The notes below the pieces were generated by a model. The model was not told the DNA's origin. It did not search any database and saw nothing but the letters and a program-made list of their open reading frames with translations. The position numbers and the translations under genes were made by a program. Shown here in pieces: positions 15,288-24,865 of a stretch of 64,000 nt of DNA. The number at the start of each line of letters is the position of its first letter. Position 1 is the first letter of the stretch. The DNA comes from a bacterium. Lineage in GTDB: Bacteria > UBA8248. The stretch spans positions 1,408,001 to 1,472,000 of the forward strand of contig CBDCRP010000003.1 of assembly GCA_965221165.1 (NCBI GenBank), read 5' to 3'.

Positions 15288-17123
15288 TCATCCCTCGTTT
15301 CGCGCTTCCGCCACGCCCAAGGCCGTGCGCAACTCATCCCCGCCGAGGGTTTCCTGCTCGAGCAGGCGCGCGGTGAGCGCCTCGAGGTCGTCGCGCCTCT
15401 CGGTCAATATCCCCATCGCGCGCGCATAGGCGCCGCCCAGGATTTTTTCCACCTCCTCGTCCACCTCGCGCTGGGTCGCCTCGCTGATGTCCAACCCCGC
15501 CGCCGCGCCGTTCATCCCGTCGCCCAGAAACAGCGAGCGCGGCGCGCGGCCCAGGGCGTGCGGGCCGAAGCGATCGCTCATGCCGTACTCGGTCACCATG
15601 GAGCGCGCCATGTCGGTGGCGCGCTGCAAGTCGTTCTGCGCCCCGGTGGAGACTTCCTCGAAAACCACTTCTTCCGCCGCGCGGCCCGCGAGGAGCACGG
15701 CGATTCTTTCTTCGAGTTCTTTTTTCGAGAGTAGATACCGATCTTCCGTCGGGCGCTGCAGGGTATAGCCCAGGGCGGCCAGACCCCTGGGGATGATCGA
15801 GACCTTCTGCACCGGGTCCGCCGTGCCCACGAGTTCGGCCACCATGGCGTGGCCCAGTTCGTGATAGGCCACGCGGCGGCGCTCTTCGCTCGTCATGACG
15901 CGGGATTTCTTCTCGAGACCCGCCGCCACCCGCTCGAAGGCTTCCTCGAAATCGGCCATCGTCACCGCGTCCCTGTCATGGCGCGCCGCCAAGAGCGCGG
16001 CCTCGTTCGCCAGGTTGGCGAGGTCCGCCCCCGAGAGGCCGGGCGTCATCGCCGCGAGCCTGTCGACGTCCACGTCCTGGCCCAGCACCAGCACCTTCGT
16101 ATGCACTTCCAGGATGCGCCTTCTGCCGCTCAAGTCCGGCTTGTCCACCAGCACCTGCCTGTCGAAGCGTCCGGGGCGCAGCAGGGCCGCGTCGAGAATC
16201 TCCGGCCGGTTGGTCGCCGCCATGATGATGACCCCCTTGCGGGTGTCGAAGCCGTCCATCTCGACCAAGAGCTGGTTGAGCGTCTGCTCGCGCTCGTCGT
16301 GGCCGCCCGCGAGGTTCCCCATGCCGCGCGCCTTGCCCAGCGCGTCCAGCTCATCCACGAAGACGATGCAGGGGGCCTTCTCCATCGCCTGTTCGAACAA
16401 ATCGCGCACGCGCGCGGCGCCCAGACCCACGAACATCTCGACGAACTCGGACCCGCTGATGCTGAAGAAAAAGACCCCCGCCTCTCCCGCCACGGCCTTC
16501 GCCATGAGCGTCTTCCCGCAGCCGGGTGGACCCACCAGCAGTACGCCGCGCGGAATCTTGCCGCCCAGGCGCATGTAGCGATCCGGATTTTTGAGATAAT
16601 CCACCACCTCGGCGAGTTCTTCCTTGGCCTCGTCCACGCCCGCCACGTCGGAGAAGCGAACGCCTACCTCTTTTTCCGCATAAATCTTCGCCTTGTTCTT
16701 GCCGAAGGCCATCACCCCCTGGCCCGGCCCCATGCGCCGCAGCACGAAAGCGTAGATGGCGAAGAGAATCCCCAGGGGCAGCACCCAGCTCGTGAACACC
16801 TGCACCAGCCAGGGCGGCTCGAACTGGCCCTGAAAGATGACGCCCGCACCCTCCAGGAGCTTGATGAGTTCGGGGTCGGCCACCTTCGCGGTCTCGAAGA
16901 ATCTCTGCTGCCCGTTCTCGTCGCGTCTTTTGAGAATTCCCTGGAGGCGGTCTCCGCGAATATCGACCCGCTCCACGTCGCCTTCTTTCAACATGGCGCG
17001 AAACTGGTTGTAGGGGATGCGCTGGTAGCGCGCGCCCTGGAAGAACAGGGTGTGGATCAAGGACATGATAACGAATATGAAGAGAAAATAACCGATGGAA
17101 AACTGTGTTTTCTTGTTCATCAT
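15288..17123 (-). CDS. ftsH: ATP-dependent zinc metalloprotease FtsH
   Basis: Two TM helices, [36 protein letters not shown]. Confidence 0.96.
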   Translation of the reverse strand: MMNKKTQFSIGYFLFIFVIMSLIHTLFFQGARYQRIPYNQFRAMLKEGDVERVDIRGDRLQGILKRRDENGQQRFFETAKVADPELIKLLEGAGVIFQGQFEPPWLVQVFTSWVLPLGILFAIYAFVLRRMGPGQGVMAFGKNKAKIYAEKEVGVRFSDVAGVDEAKEELAEVVDYLKNPDRYMRLGGKIPRGVLLVGPPGCGKTLMAKAVAGEAGVFFFSISGSEFVEMFVGLGAARVRDLFEQAMEKAPCIVFVDELDALGKARGMGNLAGGHDEREQTLNQLLVEMDGFDTRKGVIIMAATNRPEILDAALLRPGRFDRQVLVDKPDLSGRRRILEVHTKVLVLGQDVDVDRLAAMTPGLSGADLANLANEAALLAARHDRDAVTMADFEEAFERVAAGLEKKSRVMTSEERRRVAYHELGHAMVAELVGTADPVQKVSIIPRGLAALGYTLQRPTEDRYLLSKKELEERIAVLLAGRAAEEVVFEEVSTGAQNDLQRATDMARSMVTEYGMSDRFGPHALGRAPRSLFLGDGMNGAAAGLDISEATQREVDEEVEKILGGAYARAMGILTERRDDLEALTARLLEQETLGGDELRTALGVAEARNEG

Positions 17124-17303
17124 CCCCTCCTTCGGGGAGAAAAGCGGCTGGTTCGCTCATCCGGCGGGCGCCGCGCGGAACTCCAAGGGCGCCACGGCCC
17201 GAGCATACCAAATTCGAAGCCGTACGGAAATTTCATTTATCCGAGAGGCGCGGGCCGGCGCTCCCGGGCCGGGGAATCCTGAAACCCCGCGAATCGGCGC
17301 ATA

Positions 17304-17852
17304 TCAGGAAGCCACGCCGTTTTCACTCAACAAGCGTGGATTCGCGGTCAGAATGGATAATTCCGCATGCTTGAAATCGGCGTCATGCGTCACGAGCGTG
17401 AGGCCCTCTCTCTCGCACAACTGCGCGATCACCTGGTCGTTGAAATCGGAATGGCCCGCGCCGTAGGCGTTCAGCATGTCATCCACTTTCAGCGTATCGA
17501 AGCCGCTCGCCACCTGTGCGCACTGGCTCGTCACCAGCTTGACGTCATGGGCGATTTCCAAGGCGATCGACTCGAAATCCTCGCTCCTGCGGAAAAATTT
17601 AAAGTCCTTGATGTCGGGCCTGCGGTTTTTCCATTCCCGTCTGGCGTATGCGTTGATGAATTCCGAAACGACGAGCACGTCGATGTGGATGCGGCTCCTC
17701 GCCTCATGGATATCGCGAAGGGCTTGCGAATACACGTTCACCTGGCGGGTTGCCTTCGGTTTTTGCGGAACGTAGATGTACCACCAGACGTTGGTGTCCA
17801 GGAACAGGCGATCCTCAGGCGTGAATGTGTAGCCGCGCACGTCACGCGTCAT
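17304..17852 (-). CDS. PIN-domain (VapC-like) ribonuclease
   Basis: FLDTNVW...SEF...DFND...VTHDADF acidic PIN pattern. Confidence 0.88.
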   Translation of the reverse strand: MTRDVRGYTFTPEDRLFLDTNVWWYIYVPQKPKATRQVNVYSQALRDIHEARSRIHIDVLVVSEFINAYARREWKNRRPDIKDFKFFRRSEDFESIALEIAHDVKLVTSQCAQVASGFDTLKVDDMLNAYGAGHSDFNDQVIAQLCEREGLTLVTHDADFKHAELSILTANPRLLSENGVAS

Positions 17853-18207
17853 CGTCTTCGCCCTCCAGCGCCTCGCGGCTCGCCTGCTCGAATCTCTCCG
17901 GGTCCTTGAAGTAGCGCTTGGCCGTCTCGACGACGCGCTTCAAGAGCGCGATATCGTCGGGCTCCATGTCCGCCACGTTCAAGGAGCGGCGAATGCGCTC
18001 CTCATCGAATTTCCCGTACAACTGGCCGATCGCGGTGTTCAGGAAGGCCGAGGTCAGCATCGTGACGTTGTGGAACGAGAGCACCGCGCCGTGGCCCTGC
18101 GCGAGCACGGAGGCGAGGCGCTCATACACCTTCTGCCCATCGCCGGAAGCGACGCAAAGAGGACTGCCCACCACTTCAAAGATGGATATGGCGATATCTT
18201 TGCGCAT
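17842..18207 (-). CDS. STAS-like (DUF4325-type) protein
   Basis: GQKVYERL...VLSFHNVTMLTSAFLNTAIGQLY; Ser at the position phosphorylated in anti-anti-sigma STAS proteins; overlaps the PIN start. Confidence 0.8.
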   Translation of the reverse strand: MRKDIAISIFEVVGSPLCVASGDGQKVYERLASVLAQGHGAVLSFHNVTMLTSAFLNTAIGQLYGKFDEERIRRSLNVADMEPDDIALLKRVVETAKRYFKDPERFEQASREALEGEDDDA

Positions 18208-18221
18208 CCGCGTCCCCTTTC

Positions 18222-19094
18222 TCAAAAAATATCATCGGCGCTCACCTCGGAAGCAAGGCTGTAGGAACTCGCATCCGAAATGTTGACTTCGAGGCTGACC
18301 ACGGTGCCCGGAAAAGGGTGGCCCAAAGTCCCGGTGGAGAGGTCGCTTTTTTTCTTCTCCCAATACCCGCCGTCCGACACGATGCGAAGGCAGCCGCCGT
18401 TGAGCTCGATGAACTCGCCGAGCAATTTCAAACCCAATCCGCCCGGCACGCCGGCGCGCTTGGTGGTATTGTGCGCCTCCGTGGCCCAGATGATCGCATC
18501 CACCGACCCCAGATTGTGCCCCGTGCGATCCCTGATGTTCCGGCGCATGCCGACGCCCAAGTCGACCACCGTGAAATCGAGCCTGTCCTGCGCGGGAAAG
18601 AATTGCCCGCAACTGAATATCCCCAGGCGGGTGTCCGAATGCAGCACGGCGTTGCTGAATATCTCAAAGATGCTTTCGCGGAATTTTTTCGCCAATCCCG
18701 GCGACATCCCGGGCAGGTCGGAGCGGTGGATGAACTCCCTCTCGATATAGCCGGAAAAATAGTGGTCGTCCCGCACGTCGAACCGCCGGTAGGAAATGGC
18801 CGCTCCCCAAGAATCGGGAATCTTCTCCCGCCCGTAATGACTCAGAAAACCGTTTTTCGAGAGAATTTCCGCCACCTCGTCGGTGGCACCCAGCAGGCGC
18901 ACCGTGTTCAACTGGCGTCCCAGACGATAGAGAATCGCGCCGAGGGCCGCGCACATATCGGCCTGGAAGCGTTTCGTTTCGCTCAAGTCGATCTCTATTT
19001 CTTCCAGGAAACAATCCTTCGTCTGCGCATGGAGCAGCGTCAGCGCGTCGAAGCTCTCCTGGTCGTGGCGAATCTCCGGCAGGGGGTATCTCAC
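18222..19094 (-). CDS. GHKL/HATPase_c anti-sigma-factor-like kinase with N-terminal STAS-like region
   Basis: N-box EIFSNAVLHS, G1 VDLGVG, G2 GGLGL, terminal PGT; no HisKA His-box. Confidence 0.82.
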   Translation of the reverse strand: MRYPLPEIRHDQESFDALTLLHAQTKDCFLEEIEIDLSETKRFQADMCAALGAILYRLGRQLNTVRLLGATDEVAEILSKNGFLSHYGREKIPDSWGAAISYRRFDVRDDHYFSGYIEREFIHRSDLPGMSPGLAKKFRESIFEIFSNAVLHSDTRLGIFSCGQFFPAQDRLDFTVVDLGVGMRRNIRDRTGHNLGSVDAIIWATEAHNTTKRAGVPGGLGLKLLGEFIELNGGCLRIVSDGGYWEKKKSDLSTGTLGHPFPGTVVSLEVNISDASSYSLASEVSADDIF

Positions 19095-19288
19095 ACCATC
19101 ACCTCGGCATCACGAATGCGTCGCCAAACGAAAGGCGCGAACAGCCCGACTCTATGGGCCCTGCACCGCCTTTCCCATGCGTTTTTCTTCTCAGGTGAAG
19201 GTAAAACACGGCTTTGCGTTTGTCCATGGTGTGTGGAGGGGGTGTGGCGGGAAAAATATAAGCAAAATCGTTTACATGCAAAAAAGAA

Positions 19289-19318
19289 ATTGTAACCCGA
19301 GAGGTGATAGGTTACAAT
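19289..19318 (+). promoter_or_regulatory. higBA promoter overlapped by palindromic operator
   Basis: ATTGTAACC-N12-GGTTACAAT perfect inverted repeat; it contains TTGTAA-N17-TACAAT. Confidence 0.75.
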
Positions 19319-19324
19319 CTGCGA

Positions 19325-19603
19325 ATGATCGTCCACTTCCGACACAACGGTCTCAGGCGTCTCTATGAGAGGGGGGAGCGACGGCGGATGCCGGCAGTAT
19401 ATGCCGCCAAAATCGAGCGGATACTCTCCCGTCTCGATGAGGCCACGATGCCGGCGCACATGGACTTGCCAGGCTACCGGTTGCACCCTTTGAGAGGAGA
19501 ACTCGCCGGGTTCTGGGCGGTGAGCGTCTCCCGTAACTGGAGGATCGTGTTTCGCTTCGATGGCGAGAACGTCACTGATGTGGATTTAACGGATTATCAC
19601 TAG
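19325..19603 (+). CDS. higB: HigB/RelE-family toxin
   Basis: MIVHFRHNGLRRLYE...PGYRLHPLRGELAGFWAVSVSRNWRIVFRF...DYH. Confidence 0.93.
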   Translation: MIVHFRHNGLRRLYERGERRRMPAVYAAKIERILSRLDEATMPAHMDLPGYRLHPLRGELAGFWAVSVSRNWRIVFRFDGENVTDVDLTDYH

Positions 19604-19617
19604 AGGAGGATTAAGAC

Positions 19618-19902
19618 ATGGCCATGAAGAACCCGCCCCATCCGGGTCTTTCCGTCCGTTACGATTGCCTGGAACCGCTGGATTTGAGCGTCACCGAAGC
19701 CGCGCGGAAGCTCGGCGTGAGCCGCAAGCACCTCTCTAGCCTCGTCAATTGCCGATCGGGAATCTCGCCCGAAATGGCGATTCGCCTGGACAAAGCCTTC
19801 GGCGGGGGCGCCGAGGTGTGGTATCGCCTCCAGACGGCCTACGACTTCGCCCAAGCGATGAAGCGCGCCGACGAGATCGAGGTCGAGCGGGTGGGGGGGT
19901 GA
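19618..19902 (+). CDS. higA: HigA-family antitoxin (HTH)
   Basis: MKNPPHPG...[14 protein letters not shown]...ISPEMAIRL...WYRLQTAYD; follows the toxin. Confidence 0.93.
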   Translation: MAMKNPPHPGLSVRYDCLEPLDLSVTEAARKLGVSRKHLSSLVNCRSGISPEMAIRLDKAFGGGAEVWYRLQTAYDFAQAMKRADEIEVERVGG

Positions 19903-20012
19903 GTTGCAACCATGTGCGGATTACGTCGTCTTGAATCCATCATGCGGGTATCGTAGGCTGTGGACGCCGCGTCAGAAGTAGTGTCCGTTTACCGGGATGG
20001 AGAAGTAAGTAT

Positions 20013-21560
20013 ATGAGCGATTCACCCGCGCAAAATCCTCTCGAGCTTGAAGTAAAAAATTTTGGGCCTATCAACGAGGCCAAGATCGATCTGCGCCCTT
20101 TGACCGTGTTCGTGGGACCGAGCAACACGGGCAAATCCTATCTGGCGGTCCTGATCTATGCGCTGCATCAGTATTTCAGTGACCGCTTTAGTATCGACGC
20201 GCTTTCTGGCTACCAACCTTACCCGATAGATTACAACATCTTCTGGAACGACAAAGAGAATCCATTTCACGAAGAAATCCTCAATGAACTTGTTGAATGG
20301 GCAGAGCAAACATTTGTGGATAAAGAAGAGTCGTCGGACGAGAGAAGCATTCTAATACCCGAATCCGTTTCAAGTTTGGTTCGTTCCGCGTTTTGCCAGT
20401 TTGACGCGCAGGGCGGCAATCTCGACGCTGAAATTAGCAGGTGCTTCGGCCTTAGTAAAACGAAAGCGTTGATTCGTAAGAGAAGCCAAGGAGGCGCAAA
20501 GGTCATTTTAAGAAAGCATGTCTCTGAAGATTCAGAACCTATTGTGCACAAGCTGACGATCGATACTCGAAAAACTGTACCTACTACCTCTGTTCCCCTG
20601 AAGATTCCTACACGGACCAATTCACAAATTCATAGCACATATAGAGAATTACTTCGCTGGAAAGCAGAAACAAAATCCGAATATGAGCTAATTGTGGCTA
20701 AGAATTTAATAGGAGCTTTAGTCGCTAGTATCTTGTCTTCTCTCGTCGAGCCCTTGTATTTGCCCGCGTTCTATCTCCCCGCCGACCGCACAGGCATCAT
20801 GCACGCGCACACTGCGGTCACCAGCGCCTTAATCCGTAGGGCCCCAATGACGGGTCAGCGTCAGGCTCCCCCCACTCCGATGCTTTCGGGTGTTCTGGCG
20901 GATTTTCTCGAACAATTGATCAACCTTGACAGTCATACTTATCAAGGGCACTGGCCACACCGATGGAATGATCTTGGGGATCAGATCGAAAAATCCGTTC
21001 TCGATGGGACAGTTCATATCCAGAGATCAGAAACCGGTTACCCGCGCTTCACGTATCGACCGGAAGGATGGAAGGACGACCTCCCCTTGATGAACGCCTC
21101 CTCCATGGTGTCGGAACTCGCACCGGTGGTGCTGTATCTGCGGCATGTGGTAAGACCCGGCAACGTATTGATCGTCGAAGAGCCGGAATCGCACTTACAC
21201 CCAGCCATGCAAGTCGAGTTCACACGGCAGCTTGCGGTGCTCGTTCGTGCGGGCGTTCGAGTGATCATCACGACGCACAGCGAGTGGATTCTGGAGGAAC
21301 TCGCCAACATCGTGCGGCTATCCGGTCTGCCTAAGGCCAAAAGAAAGGGGATTGAAGGCGGCGACATCGCCCTGCGGCCAGACGAGGTGGGGGCATGGCT
21401 GTTCCAGCCGAAAAACCGCCCCAGGGGGTCGGTCGTCAAGGAAATCCCACTCGATGATGATTCGGGGCTTTTCCCGTCCGGTTTCGATGAGGTAGCCGTT
21501 GCGCTACACAACAACTGGGCCGAGATATCCAGCCGAGACCGAGGTGGTGCGAACGGGTGA
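20013..21560 (+). CDS. ABC-type (AAA_15/AAA_21-like) ATPase, putative defence sensor
   Basis: VKNFGPI, Walker A GPSNTGKS, Walker B IVEEPESHLHP, H-loop ITTHS. Confidence 0.88.
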   Translation: MSDSPAQNPLELEVKNFGPINEAKIDLRPLTVFVGPSNTGKSYLAVLIYALHQYFSDRFSIDALSGYQPYPIDYNIFWNDKENPFHEEILNELVEWAEQTFVDKEESSDERSILIPESVSSLVRSAFCQFDAQGGNLDAEISRCFGLSKTKALIRKRSQGGAKVILRKHVSEDSEPIVHKLTIDTRKTVPTTSVPLKIPTRTNSQIHSTYRELLRWKAETKSEYELIVAKNLIGALVASILSSLVEPLYLPAFYLPADRTGIMHAHTAVTSALIRRAPMTGQRQAPPTPMLSGVLADFLEQLINLDSHTYQGHWPHRWNDLGDQIEKSVLDGTVHIQRSETGYPRFTYRPEGWKDDLPLMNASSMVSELAPVVLYLRHVVRPGNVLIVEEPESHLHPAMQVEFTRQLAVLVRAGVRVIITTHSEWILEELANIVRLSGLPKAKRKGIEGGDIALRPDEVGAWLFQPKNRPRGSVVKEIPLDDDSGLFPSGFDEVAVALHNNWAEISSRDRGGANG

Positions 21561-22021
21561 CGGGATTAGTGGATGCGGTCCGTGAAAAAGTTTCTCCCAA
21601 ATGCCTCTCAAGGAAATGTAGCAGGCCCGGGTGTAGTGTTCCCCTGAAAGATGCGCCTAACCCACGTTTGATTATCGACTTCGACAAACCGGACTCGCCG
21701 CTCGGCGAGCGTGATACGAGTTGCGACTTCCTGTTTATCGCCGAAGGAGATGACGAATCAGCCTGGGTCGCGCCGCTGGAGTTGAAAAGCGGTGGGATAG
21801 ACGCCAGCGAAGTCATCAAACAACTTCAAGCGGGCGCACGCGCCGCCGAGAAACTTGTTTGCAGAAACCTTCCGGTCAATTTCCGCCCAATTGTCGCCAG
21901 TGGAAACCTACCTAAAGCAGAAAGGACGGCGATAAAGCGGACGATAAGGTTTCATAGAGATTCCATGCCAGTCCGCCGAATCCGTTGCGGCGCTCCGCTA
22001 ACCCAAGCGCTTCGCCAATGA
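21557..22021 (+). CDS. hypothetical protein, possible PD-(D/E)XK-like nuclease partner of the ATPase
   Basis: GTGA overlap with the ATPase stop; CDFLFI...PLELKSG...QLQAG pattern. Confidence 0.6.
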   Translation: MTGLVDAVREKVSPKCLSRKCSRPGCSVPLKDAPNPRLIIDFDKPDSPLGERDTSCDFLFIAEGDDESAWVAPLELKSGGIDASEVIKQLQAGARAAEKLVCRNLPVNFRPIVASGNLPKAERTAIKRTIRFHRDSMPVRRIRCGAPLTQALRQ

Positions 22022-22100
22022 ATACCTAGAACTCGAAAAACGCTACCCTCTTCTCCCCTTCATCCCCTGAACCCCCATTCCCCCCCCACCCCCCTCCCCC

Positions 22101-22129
22101 TTGCGCTTCGCGTCTCGTTCGTCTTTAAT
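22101..22129 (+). promoter_or_regulatory. putative sigma70 promoter of the deiodinase-like gene
   Basis: TTGCGC-N17-TTTAAT about 50 nt upstream of the ATG. Confidence 0.4.
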
Positions 22130-22176
22130 GGAACGGCATTTTTTCATACCCCCCGACACCGGATATAGGAGCGCAC

Positions 22177-22824
22177 ATGCGAGAAACGGACGAATTCGAC
22201 AGGCCGCCGGGCCCGTTGTTCGGGCTTTGGAGCGCGTTTTACATCGACAAGTGGAAATTTCTGAAACGAAACCTCATGGGAGCTCGAAAAGAGCGCAAAC
22301 AGGCGTTCCGCGACACCCTGCAGCCGGGCGACCCGATGCCGGACGTCCGCCTCAAGGCCACCGAGGACACCGCGTTCGACCTCGCAGATTTTTTCGGCAA
22401 AAAGAACATCGTCATCGAATTCGGGGCCATCACCTGACCCCCCTATCGCCGGCAGGTGGCCGGCGTCGAGAGTTTGCAGGAGAAATACCAGGGTGAGGAC
22501 GTGGTCTTCTTCGTCGTCTACTCGAAAGAACCCCACGCGGGCGAAACCCGCCATTTCAAGAAATACGCGCAGCACGAGACGTATGAGCACAAGAAAAAAT
22601 ATGCCGAAGAACTCGTGGCGGAATTCGGCATGAAGGCGCCCGTCCTGATCGACGACCTGGACGAGAGCGTCGTGCACGCATTCGGCCGCATGCCGAACAT
22701 GACGTTCATCGTCGATAAGGAAGGGAAGATCGCCTACAAGTCCGACTGGATGGAGGCTGCGCGCATCGAGGAGTTGCTCGACAAGTTGCTGGCCGAACAG
22801 ACGGCAGAGGCGGCGACCGCCTGA
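22177..22824 (+). CDS. iodothyronine-deiodinase-like thioredoxin-fold selenoprotein (Sec at UGA 22435-22437)
   Basis: ORFs 22177-22437 and 22456-22824 are in frame; read-through gives IEFGAIT-U-PPY...FFVVYSKEPH, matching deiodinase FGSxTUPPF and vY.xEAH motifs; hairpin 3' of the UGA. Confidence 0.85.
22447..22465 (+). promoter_or_regulatory. putative bacterial SECIS hairpin
   Basis: CGCCGGC-AGGTG-GCCGGCG, 7-bp perfect stem starting 9 nt after the UGA, with a G-containing loop. Confidence 0.7.
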
Positions 22825-22890
22825 CCGGAGGAGCCTGAGGATCAACTCCCGCAAGCAAGGGGCGCGCAGGAGTTCAAACGGAAACACACG

Positions 22891-22919
22891 GGGCGGCCCA
22901 CGCGGCGGGCCGCCCTTTT
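22891..22919 (+). terminator. intrinsic terminator
   Basis: GGGCGGCCC-N7-GGGCCGCCC-TTTT. Confidence 0.7.
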
Positions 22920-22968
22920 CCGTCCGCATCGCGTATGAGCACCGACCGCTTGGAATGGTGAAAGAAGA

Positions 22969-23718
22969 ATGAATCGAACCGGAGAAAAGAATTCGCGGGG
23001 GCGGCATTGGACCAGGGACGAAGAAATACTGGCAATGGATGCCTATGTTTCTGGAGTGAAAGACAAAGAGAGCGATCCAAGATTCAAGGAATTGTGTGAA
23101 CTTCTGGATAAACCGTTTGATAGCGTCCGGATGAGGTTCGCGAATTATAACTACCTTAATCCTGAGCATCCCCGCAAAGGTCTTTCAGGCGGCAAAACTC
23201 CGAAGATTCAAAAGGTGTGGGATGAGTTTGCCGATGACCCGGACAGGCTAAACTCCACGGCCAACACCATAAAACAGCATATCGAAACGGATCAGAAGCC
23301 GGGAGAGTCGCAGAACACAGAATCGCTGGGGCCCATTGCTGAGGCTTCCGAAGGGGAAATTCTTACCAAATCTCATATAGTCCGTGAACGAAACCGTAAA
23401 CTCATCCAAAAGAAGAAAAAAAGCGTCCTTCAAAAAACTGGTCGGCTGGTTTGCGAGGCGTGCGGGTTCGACTTTACAAAAAAGTATGGTGAAAGAGGCG
23501 AGGGCTTCATCGAGTGCCATCACACCAAGCCGTTGCGCGACTTGAAGCCTGGAAGCGCGACTCGCTTGACTGACTTGGTTTTGCTGTGTTCGAACTGCCA
23601 CAGTATGGTACATGCGAAGGAGCCGTGGTTGGAGATGAAAGAACTCGTTCGTTTGATCAATTCGGCCAAGCGCGGGGGCCGCGCGCGTAAGAACGCCCCA
23701 AAGCGCCGTCAGGGATAG
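22969..23718 (+). CDS. HNH endonuclease (McrA-like, putative modification-dependent restriction)
   Basis: CEACGFDF...IECHH...LCSNCHSMVH; N-terminal WTRDEEILA domain; lower GC than flanks. Confidence 0.85.
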   Translation: MNRTGEKNSRGRHWTRDEEILAMDAYVSGVKDKESDPRFKELCELLDKPFDSVRMRFANYNYLNPEHPRKGLSGGKTPKIQKVWDEFADDPDRLNSTANTIKQHIETDQKPGESQNTESLGPIAEASEGEILTKSHIVRERNRKLIQKKKKSVLQKTGRLVCEACGFDFTKKYGERGEGFIECHHTKPLRDLKPGSATRLTDLVLLCSNCHSMVHAKEPWLEMKELVRLINSAKRGGRARKNAPKRRQG

Positions 23719-23726
23719 AAAACCCC

Positions 23727-24851
23727 ATGAGCACCGAATACGCATGGTTTCTGCCGACGGGAAGATACGGCGACGGCCACACCATCAACGCCAAGACTCC
23801 CGAGCGTCCCCCGACCGTGGAATATATCTCGGAAGTAGCGCGCGCGGCGGAGGAGGCGGGCTTCGTGAACCTGCTCGTGCCTACGGGCTCTCATTGCCTG
23901 GACGCATGGATGATCACGCTCGCCGTCGCGGGGCGCACAGAGCGCATCAAGTTCTGCGTGGCCTTCCGGCCCGGGCTTAGCAGTCCCGTGCTCACCGCCC
24001 AGCAGGCGAACACGTACGACGCCGTGACGGGCGGGCGGCTGACGGTGAACGTCGTGACGGGCTCGACGCCGCTTGATCAGAAACGATACGGCGATCATTT
24101 GGCCCATGCGGAGCGCTACGCGAGGACGGATGAGTTCCTGGACGTCGTGAAGGCGCTCTGGACGAGCGAGGAGCCCGTGAGTTATTCGGGGAAATACTAC
24201 AAGATAGAAAATGCATCGCTCTACGCAAAGCCTGTCTCGAAGCCCCACCCCACGATATTTCTGGGCGGCAGTTCGGAAGCGGGCCGTCGCGTGGGCGCGA
24301 AACACGCCGACGTGCACATGATGTGGGCGGTGGCGCCCGATCAGGTGGCCGAAGACGCCGCGGACATGCGCCGCCGCGCGGAGGAAGCGGGGCGTGATGA
24401 TCTGCGCTTCGGCCTCAGGCTCCACGTGATGTGCCGCGAGAGCAAAAAAGAGGCCCGCCGCGCCGCCGAGGCGCTTTTAGAAGACAGCGCGCTCGAGAAC
24501 ACGAGGATGTGGGCCGATCAGCGGAATCATTCGGAGAGCGAGGGCCAGCGCCGCATGAACGAACTCTACGAGGGCGGCTCCCCCTGGCTCACCGATACCC
24601 TCTGGATGGGGGTGAACAAGGTGCGCTCGGGCGCAGCCGCCATGCTCGTGGGCACGCCCGACATGCTGGCCGCAGCCTTAAGGGAATATGTGGACTTGGG
24701 CGTTCGCAACTTCATCCTCTCGGGCTGGCCGCATCTGGAAGAAGCCGAGATTTTCGGCCGCGAAGTCATGCCGCTCTTGGGAGACACCCACCCCGCGCGG
24801 CTCGAATCCCCGAATTTTACCGGTCAAGAAGGCCCGGCCCCCACCCTTTGA
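23727..24851 (+). CDS. LLM-class flavin-dependent monooxygenase (SsuD/alkanesulfonate monooxygenase-like)
   Basis: WFLPT, LVPTGSHCLDAW, AFRPG, RYARTDEFL, ILSGWPHLEEA. Confidence 0.88.
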   Translation: MSTEYAWFLPTGRYGDGHTINAKTPERPPTVEYISEVARAAEEAGFVNLLVPTGSHCLDAWMITLAVAGRTERIKFCVAFRPGLSSPVLTAQQANTYDAVTGGRLTVNVVTGSTPLDQKRYGDHLAHAERYARTDEFLDVVKALWTSEEPVSYSGKYYKIENASLYAKPVSKPHPTIFLGGSSEAGRRVGAKHADVHMMWAVAPDQVAEDAADMRRRAEEAGRDDLRFGLRLHVMCRESKKEARRAAEALLEDSALENTRMWADQRNHSESEGQRRMNELYEGGSPWLTDTLWMGVNKVRSGAAAMLVGTPDMLAAALREYVDLGVRNFILSGWPHLEEAEIFGREVMPLLGDTHPARLESPNFTGQEGPAPTL

Positions 24852-24865
24852 GTGAAAGGTGAACG

